Shown here piece after piece: positions 58,172 to 64,000 of a DNA stretch of 64,000 bases. The notes under the pieces are model-generated. The model was not told the origin of the DNA, made no database searches, and saw nothing but the letters and a program-made list of their open reading frames with translations. The translations under genes and the position numbers were made by a program. Numbering within the stretch: the first letter of the stretch is position 1; each line of letters starts with the position of its first letter. Source of the stretch: a virus. The stretch lies in the IMG/VR virus record IMGVR_UViG_3300013094_000027, positions 1 to 64,000 of that record; one strand, written 5' to 3'.

Positions 58172-59434
58172 TTATCTTGAGAAAGGGTTTACAGGACGTG
58201 TTATTTTTGTGGCTCGTGATGCATTTCCTCCATCATCAAATGATACAGATGATGACCTGTCACCTTGAGTTGTTTTCAACTTGCGTGCTGTTTCTTCTGC
58301 TTTAGCATTTGCACCTTTTTTAATTAAAGCTGCCTCATAACTTTCTTCATCTTGAAGAAGCCATAATACTTTAGCAATTTTTTGATAATTAGGTTCTTGA
58401 TATTGATATTTTTCTAACAAATGACCTAACATATTGGTGTTTCCACCAGAAATAGATTTGTAATTTGCATTTACAAGTCCATTATAAAGATTAGATTGTG
58501 TCTTAGAATCTATTTTAATTCCTCCAATTTCTGAAGGTTTTAAAGCTTCGTATACATTTTGAACATATTGTTCAGCAGCTTTTCTGCGTTGTTCTGCAAA
58601 TTGTTTTTGTTCTTCAATTTGAGATTGAACATATTGTTCTTTTATTTTGTCCAATTTAGGTTTAAATTGAACAGCTTTTTTATCTATTAAATTAAGATCT
58701 TCCCACTCTTCGACTTGATTCCGCACTTCTTCTTCAGTCCAATCAGCATAAGCATTTCTTAAATATTCAGAAACAATTTCTTTTTGATCTGATTCTTTAG
58801 AAGGATCTAGATCTTTTATTTCTTGTACTTCGCCAAGTGCTTTGTATAAACCTTTTAAATCAGTACCACCGTTTGCAATATATTCGTAAGCAAGTTTAAA
58901 ATCTTCAGGAAGCATATTATAGAATTGAGTCGGAACTTCTTTCTTAATATTATCTTCTTTTAGTTTTAAATTTTCGTCTATTAATACATTAAGATCTTTG
59001 TTACTTAATTTTGAAAGATATTCATCAATTGGTAACTTTTCATCATAATCATCAAAAGTTACAAAATCTTTAGATTCTATTTTATCTTTGATGTATTCAA
59101 CAAGAGCCGACTTATCAGTTTTAGGTTTTCCTGTTGTGACTGGACGATCATCTACTGGTGCAGATCCATTATGTTCTGTTACAATAGAATTTAAAAGATC
59201 ATCTTGTTGAGATTTTGCAGAATTACTAGTGTCTGGAGTTTTTACATCTTCAGGATTTTTTGCATCAGGAGTTTTTGTTGTGTCTTCTGTAGCATCAGGA
59301 TCAAAATTAAAATCATCTGTTTGTCGTTTAAAAACAGATGATTGTGGTGGTGTTACCACATTTCCTCCACCAATTATCGGAAATCCATCAACATCAACTT
59401 CGATTTCTTGAAGATTTGTTTTATTTTCAGCCAT
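58172..59434 (-). CDS. Scaffold-like protein between portal and MCP
   Basis: Likely start is ATG at 59434 (MAENKTN); acidic disordered N-terminus, helical body, NPFSR end. Confidence 0.7.
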   Translation of the reverse strand: MAENKTNLQEIEVDVDGFPIIGGGNVVTPPQSSVFKRQTDDFNFDPDATEDTTKTPDAKNPEDVKTPDTSNSAKSQQDDLLNSIVTEHNGSAPVDDRPVTTGKPKTDKSALVEYIKDKIESKDFVTFDDYDEKLPIDEYLSKLSNKDLNVLIDENLKLKEDNIKKEVPTQFYNMLPEDFKLAYEYIANGGTDLKGLYKALGEVQEIKDLDPSKESDQKEIVSEYLRNAYADWTEEEVRNQVEEWEDLNLIDKKAVQFKPKLDKIKEQYVQSQIEEQKQFAEQRRKAAEQYVQNVYEALKPSEIGGIKIDSKTQSNLYNGLVNANYKSISGGNTNMLGHLLEKYQYQEPNYQKIAKVLWLLQDEESYEAALIKKGANAKAEETARKLKTTQGDRSSSVSFDDGGNASRATKITRPVNPFSR

Positions 59435-59489
59435 AAAATATTGGTTTGTTACTAGTTTTTGGTAGGAATCAGTTATACTTACTGACAAT

Positions 59490-59499
59490 TATAATATAC
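59490..59499 (-). promoter_or_regulatory. Putative late-class promoter box for scaffold-MCP operon
   Basis: GTATATTATA; an additional TACATTTG box at 59520-59513. Confidence 0.5.
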
Positions 59500-59576
59500 T
59501 AAAAAAACTTGTCAAATGTATTTTTTAAATAAAAAATTATAATTTCTTTTACAGATATAACTAATACTTGATCTTT

Positions 59577-62321
59577 TTATTTATTTTTTGATTGTTTACT
59601 TGCTGCTGTACGTTTAATATGAAGTTCTTCTCTTGTACGCATGTTTTCAGCATCAATCTTTTTTTGTTGTAATTCACGATCTTTTTGACGATCTTGTATT
59701 TCGTTGTAATGCTTTTCACGATCAAAATTCATTTGATCTGTCCATTGTTGTTGTTGTTGTAAATTCTTTTGTGCGTCTTGATAAGCACTTTCACTTACAT
59801 CAGGAGACATTGTTGTTGCAGCACGACCAGAAGATACTATTTCGGCAATTAATATTTTAGCTTGTCGTTCCTTTTCATTTTGAATATCTTGATGATCCCA
59901 CTCCATTTGTTTTAATTTTTCTTCTTGAGCAAGTTCTTCTTGATGTTGTTGTTGTTGCTGTTGCAATTCTTGTTCTTTTTCTTTTTGTAATCTTGCTTCA
60001 ATTTCACTGATTTTATCATTTAATTCTGCAAGATCTTCTACTTGACGAATTTTTGTAATATCAGGAAGAGTTGCTCCCATAGTATTATTTACTAAAAGAA
60101 CTTGTTGTATATCTTTTAAGATTTGACGAGCATTAACATTTACCATAGGAAATATGTTAAGATCTCGTAATAAAAGTTTTGTGCCGTCTATATTAAATTG
60201 AATTTTTTGATTACTTGTTGTAGTATATTGTAAAGATACGCTTGGGTTTTTAGATTGATAATATTGAGCCAGTTCTGTTCTCATTTGATGCACTCTAGGC
60301 ATTAAATAATCACAATGTTCAATAAATTGCATTTCTGTTTGATCATAACTCCTTCTAATAGATTCTTCATATTCTTTAGCAGAAGTTTCTTGACCTATAG
60401 GTTGTCCCATTCTATTTGCATTAAATCCTATAGAAGCTAAACCTTGCTGTTGAAAAAATGAAAATAGTTGCATTCGTGATTCAAGTCGTTTATATTGACT
60501 TAAATCTATTTGTTGATAATGTTGAAAATTAATATTTCCACCTCTTTCAGACAAGTTTTGCAAAGAAGTATCCATTGGTAAAAAACCAAATTGTTTCATT
60601 GCTGTGTAAGCTTGTTGATAAGGATTCATACCCCAATCTTCTCCCAACGAATGTTTTGGTAAAGCGTTTTGGTCAAATAATACTACAGGCCCTATTTCAT
60701 CAACAAGAATATCTAATATACCATTACCTACAGTATTCATACCTATTTGATAAGGCATTAATTTTGCAATCATTGGTACAGAAACAGTATTTCTATCACC
60801 AAAAACAGCACCCTCAACAGGTAGTTTTACACCATAAAAATTATTATCACCTTTAAATTGAAAAGGTAATCTGCCAGGTTTATTTTTTGTAACACCTATG
60901 TACATAGGTTGCATACCTCCAGGGTTATTCATACCCCACCATGCCGGTCTATTAGGTCCTATTTTTATACCGCCATATACGTCATTGATCCAAAACCAAT
61001 CTATGTGTTCACCATATGTTAGATTGTATTTTGTTTTTTCTTTATATACAGATGTGTCATAAACAGGTTTATCTGTTATTTTATAAAATTCATCTACAAT
61101 ATCTTCATTTGGTATGCCGTCAGGACCTATTTTTATAAGATGTCCAATTTTCCTAGCTGATTTCCAATAAATTGTAGAAACTCGCATTAGATTTGAATTA
61201 CCAAAATCTTGCAAATCTTCAGAACCTAATAAAATAGTTTGTACAATATCTCCATTATTATATGCAATATCGTATTTAGAAATAAATTGTCTGTATGCTA
61301 AACCAGGCATTTGTACATTCCATTCATGATCTCTTGACGCATCATAATATGAACCATCAGGATTTACGTTTCCTAAAAGATACCCTGCAGCACGTATTGG
61401 ATAAATAGCTTCAACATTACGAATTTGTTCTTCAGTCATTATCCAACCATACTTATCTATAATATCTGAAGCAGACATCAGATCTATATAACCTATCCAA
61501 TTAGATTGTGATAACCAACGTCTATCAGGTGATTTATGATAAAATGCTTGTAAAGGATTCCAAAGCTCTATTTCATAATCATCCTCTTTCATTTTAAAAT
61601 GCCAGAATTCACAATCAAAAATAAGTTTGTCTCGAAACGCCCTTTCTTCTAGTTCATCAAAATGAAACCTCCTCATATCCACTTCCATTTGATGTTGAGC
61701 CCATTCCACATAAATATTTCTGTATCCTGTTCTATACCATTGTTGTAAATTAGGAAGTTGTTTTAAAGCGTCTGGTTGTAATTGTTGTTGTACTTGAGGA
61801 TCATTTAAATTTTGACCAAGTTCTTGCAATTTTTGCATTGTTTTAAACTCAGCATCAGCAAGTAATATTTGTTCTAATTTATTTTGTTTATCTTCTTCCA
61901 TTTCAGAAGTAGACTCATCATCTATAGCAGTAAACATCAATTTTGTTTGACGCTTGCTAAATTCTGTTCTAAAAGAATCTATAATAGAAGGTATCCAAGG
62001 AAAAAATCGCAACTCTAATAGATTTTGAGAATTATCCATTAAAGATTCGACCATATCTGAATTTATATTCTGTGGTCCTACAATATAATCTTGTCTATCA
62101 ATAATACCTTTTGCAGCTTTTTCCCAACGCAATAACTTAGGAGCTCTCCTTTGAAGTTGTTTGATACCTTGCCATTCAAAAAAATCCATGCACCAACCAA
62201 GCCATTGTTCATCCTTTTCATTTTCAGGAATCATCTGCAGGGGTTGCACGAGGACGCCCATTCGATTATAAGAAGCCTTGGTCCCTTTTTTCAAATCTAA
62301 AGCATTGAGAATGCGTGCCAT
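59577..62321 (-). CDS. Portal protein
   Basis: 914 aa downstream of terminase; WKSARKIG, LMPYQI.MN, R.GQ motifs; Gln-rich coiled C-terminal barrel. Confidence 0.85.
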   Translation of the reverse strand: MARILNALDLKKGTKASYNRMGVLVQPLQMIPENEKDEQWLGWCMDFFEWQGIKQLQRRAPKLLRWEKAAKGIIDRQDYIVGPQNINSDMVESLMDNSQNLLELRFFPWIPSIIDSFRTEFSKRQTKLMFTAIDDESTSEMEEDKQNKLEQILLADAEFKTMQKLQELGQNLNDPQVQQQLQPDALKQLPNLQQWYRTGYRNIYVEWAQHQMEVDMRRFHFDELEERAFRDKLIFDCEFWHFKMKEDDYEIELWNPLQAFYHKSPDRRWLSQSNWIGYIDLMSASDIIDKYGWIMTEEQIRNVEAIYPIRAAGYLLGNVNPDGSYYDASRDHEWNVQMPGLAYRQFISKYDIAYNNGDIVQTILLGSEDLQDFGNSNLMRVSTIYWKSARKIGHLIKIGPDGIPNEDIVDEFYKITDKPVYDTSVYKEKTKYNLTYGEHIDWFWINDVYGGIKIGPNRPAWWGMNNPGGMQPMYIGVTKNKPGRLPFQFKGDNNFYGVKLPVEGAVFGDRNTVSVPMIAKLMPYQIGMNTVGNGILDILVDEIGPVVLFDQNALPKHSLGEDWGMNPYQQAYTAMKQFGFLPMDTSLQNLSERGGNINFQHYQQIDLSQYKRLESRMQLFSFFQQQGLASIGFNANRMGQPIGQETSAKEYEESIRRSYDQTEMQFIEHCDYLMPRVHQMRTELAQYYQSKNPSVSLQYTTTSNQKIQFNIDGTKLLLRDLNIFPMVNVNARQILKDIQQVLLVNNTMGATLPDITKIRQVEDLAELNDKISEIEARLQKEKEQELQQQQQQHQEELAQEEKLKQMEWDHQDIQNEKERQAKILIAEIVSSGRAATTMSPDVSESAYQDAQKNLQQQQQWTDQMNFDREKHYNEIQDRQKDRELQQKKIDAENMRTREELHIKRTAASKQSKNK

Positions 62322-62343
62322 ATATATGATATATTTTTATTAA

Positions 62344-63207
62344 TTAAATTAATTTTAAATTTGTTTTATTTTTATTTAAACCTTTCAATTGTTTATATAA
62401 ACACATATATTTATATCCAAGTTTATTACTTGCATCTTGAATTGATTCAAATATTTCTTGCGTATCTATATTAATAACTTTATCACCATTTTTATTTAGT
62501 GAATTTTTAATACCCTCTTTTATTTTATTTCTAATTTCTTCGGTAAATATTTTGTTTTTACCCGCAACCCTCATTTTTTCTATAGTTTCAAGAGATCGTT
62601 TTTTACCTAACCAATTTCCAGGTTTTCCTAATTTAGCCTTTGAGAGTTTTTCTTTATGTTCTTTAGATAGTTGTTTGCCTTTAAGTTTTTCTGCAATTTT
62701 ATTTTTGGTTTCTTCAGATTTTGTCTTACCAAATTGTGGATGATTTTCACCAGAATTGATTTTAGATAAATATTTCTTAAATTCTTCTGTATTTTTAGGT
62801 TTTCCCAATTGTGACTTCCTACTTTTTTCTCTTGATTCGAGTGTTACAATATGTCCTTTAAGAGCTTTAGATTGTTTTTCACGAGTTTCTTTTGTAGGTT
62901 TGTATCCAAGACTGCCTTCGCCACCATCTGTTAAATTTGCTAAAGTTCCTATACCTAAATCTATTCTTTCATAAAGTTTTATAAATTCAATTTCTTTAAG
63001 TTTTGCTTCCTCAAAAGATAAATCTTCTAACATTATTTCTACTTCGTAGTTTCCATTATTTTTAGCAACTATCTTTTTCCAAATATCATTTCTACCTACT
63101 TTACAATAGGCACGAGATTTCTTCTTTCCTAATCCCACATAAAACACTTCATCCTTATCAGGTCTGATGTGTCTGTAGAGTATGTATTTATTTTCTTCTT
63201 TATTCAT
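62344..63207 (-). CDS. Free-standing GIY-YIG-type homing endonuclease with NUMOD3 repeats
   Basis: YILYRH...FYVGLG...R, E.EFI, NLTDGGEG, repeated KSEETKNKI-type units, C-terminal IFESIQDASNKLG HTH. Confidence 0.85.
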   Translation of the reverse strand: MNKEENKYILYRHIRPDKDEVFYVGLGKKKSRAYCKVGRNDIWKKIVAKNNGNYEVEIMLEDLSFEEAKLKEIEFIKLYERIDLGIGTLANLTDGGEGSLGYKPTKETREKQSKALKGHIVTLESREKSRKSQLGKPKNTEEFKKYLSKINSGENHPQFGKTKSEETKNKIAEKLKGKQLSKEHKEKLSKAKLGKPGNWLGKKRSLETIEKMRVAGKNKIFTEEIRNKIKEGIKNSLNKNGDKVINIDTQEIFESIQDASNKLGYKYMCLYKQLKGLNKNKTNLKLI

Positions 63208-63583
63208 TGATTTCTCCTAAATTATGTACATCTATTATCATACCGTTTTTAACAGCATTTTCCAAATCTTCTTTTGACATAAATGAATTTCCCCCAATAA
63301 CTGTTATTTGTTCTAATTCTGATTCTGTCAATTTATGCATTCCATACAAAAAATTTGAAGGACAATATTCAAATTCAGAAACAGATCCGTCTGATGATTG
63401 TGATACAATAGGCGTACATGTTTTTGGTCTTTCTAAAGGAAAAGCACTTTCTCCATCTTCATTACGAATTCTTTCTTCAGAATAGATAATGCGCTGTATT
63501 TCAAAAATTTTTTTAGAAAATGAATGATTTATTTCTTCAAGGTCTGTTAACAGTTTTTTAACGTATTCTTTGTTATTAATCAT
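63200..63583 (-). CDS. Hypothetical protein
   Basis: 127 aa ORF overlapping the endonuclease start by 8 nt. Confidence 0.65.
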   Translation of the reverse strand: MINNKEYVKKLLTDLEEINHSFSKKIFEIQRIIYSEERIRNEDGESAFPLERPKTCTPIVSQSSDGSVSEFEYCPSNFLYGMHKLTESELEQITVIGGNSFMSKEDLENAVKNGMIIDVHNLGEINE

Positions 63584-63594
63584 AATTATTAATT

Positions 63595-64000
63595 TTAACG
63601 AAAGTTTTTAAATCCAAAAGCAGGTTTTGACCAAGGATTCACCTTTTTAGTTTGTTCAGGTCCCATTATAAATGTACGTAATTTATTTGGTTTGTCCAAA
63701 TCTTTTATTTTTTCTACTGTTTTTCTAAAACCTCTGTTTGCATTTTCTATTGTTACAAAAGCAACTAATGCTGCAAAAGCAACTAATCTGTCATAGTTTC
63801 CTTTTTCATCGTCATATTCTTGCATTTCACGTAAAAGCATTATATCAGGAATACGCTCTACTCCATAAATTGTTTTAACTACTTCACCATTTTCTTTAGT
63901 AATAGTGTCTAATTCTTCTTTTAAATAGTTTATAACATATGAAAGCAAATGTAAAAAAACAGGAGTTGAATTTTTCCAGCCATATTCTTGAAAAGTTTCA
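63595..64000 (-). CDS. terL: Terminase large subunit, C-terminal part (truncated by window end)
   Basis: Frame is open to the window edge (ETFQEYGWKNSTPVFLHLLSY...); LLREM..Y...GNYDRLVAF nuclease motif; upstream of portal. Confidence 0.8.
   Translation of the reverse strand, partial: ETFQEYGWKNSTPVFLHLLSYVINYLKEELDTITKENGEVVKTIYGVERIPDIMLLREMQEYDDEKGNYDRLVAFAALVAFVTIENANRGFRKTVEKIKDLDKPNKLRTFIMGPEQTKKVNPWSKPAFGFKNFR

Noticed and set aside
3834-63485. Many short + strand ORFs and off-frame nested ORFs in the ORF track (e.g. 12429..12746, 31138..31542, 26512..26778)
   Set aside because: They lie within long minus-strand genes, mostly use TTG/GTG starts and have shadow-like composition
1-64000. 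Stop-codon reassignment as in some Crassvirales
   Set aside because: Genes up to 7.4 kb are uninterrupted in the standard code, and TAG acts as a true stop (28065, 44255, 51201)

Overview
AT-rich 64 kb segment of a crAss-like (Crassvirales-type) podophage infecting Bacteroidota, inferred from TTTG-N19/20-TAnnTTTG promoters. Almost everything is on the minus strand in canonical crAss order, read right to left: terminase C-terminus (cut by the window edge), free-standing GIY-YIG/NUMOD3 homing endonuclease, portal, scaffold-like protein, major capsid protein, ring/auxiliary capsid/tail hub proteins, Cys- and Thr/Ser-rich fibres, a holin-like pair, metallophosphoesterase, IHF-like protein, ring/tube proteins, muzzle, cargo proteins, lysozyme, and four giant ejected proteins including the virion RNA polymerase (DFDVD). 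Standard genetic code fits. Main leads: (1) cargo proteins built of micro-modules separated by repeated [K/Y/M]xxGG and GWxxKY linkers, with one in-frame cassette bounded by a 55-bp direct repeat; (2) an ASCH domain cassette in the vRNAP C-terminus bounded by 14-bp repeats resembling a -7 promoter box; (3) lone cysteines at the facing termini of consecutive giant ejected proteins; (4) a second promoter class (TTWG-N20-TATATTWT), often apparently leaderless; (5) a perfect host-type promoter pointing antisense into the lysozyme gene. Structural assignments rest on synteny and motifs seen by eye; no database searches were run.
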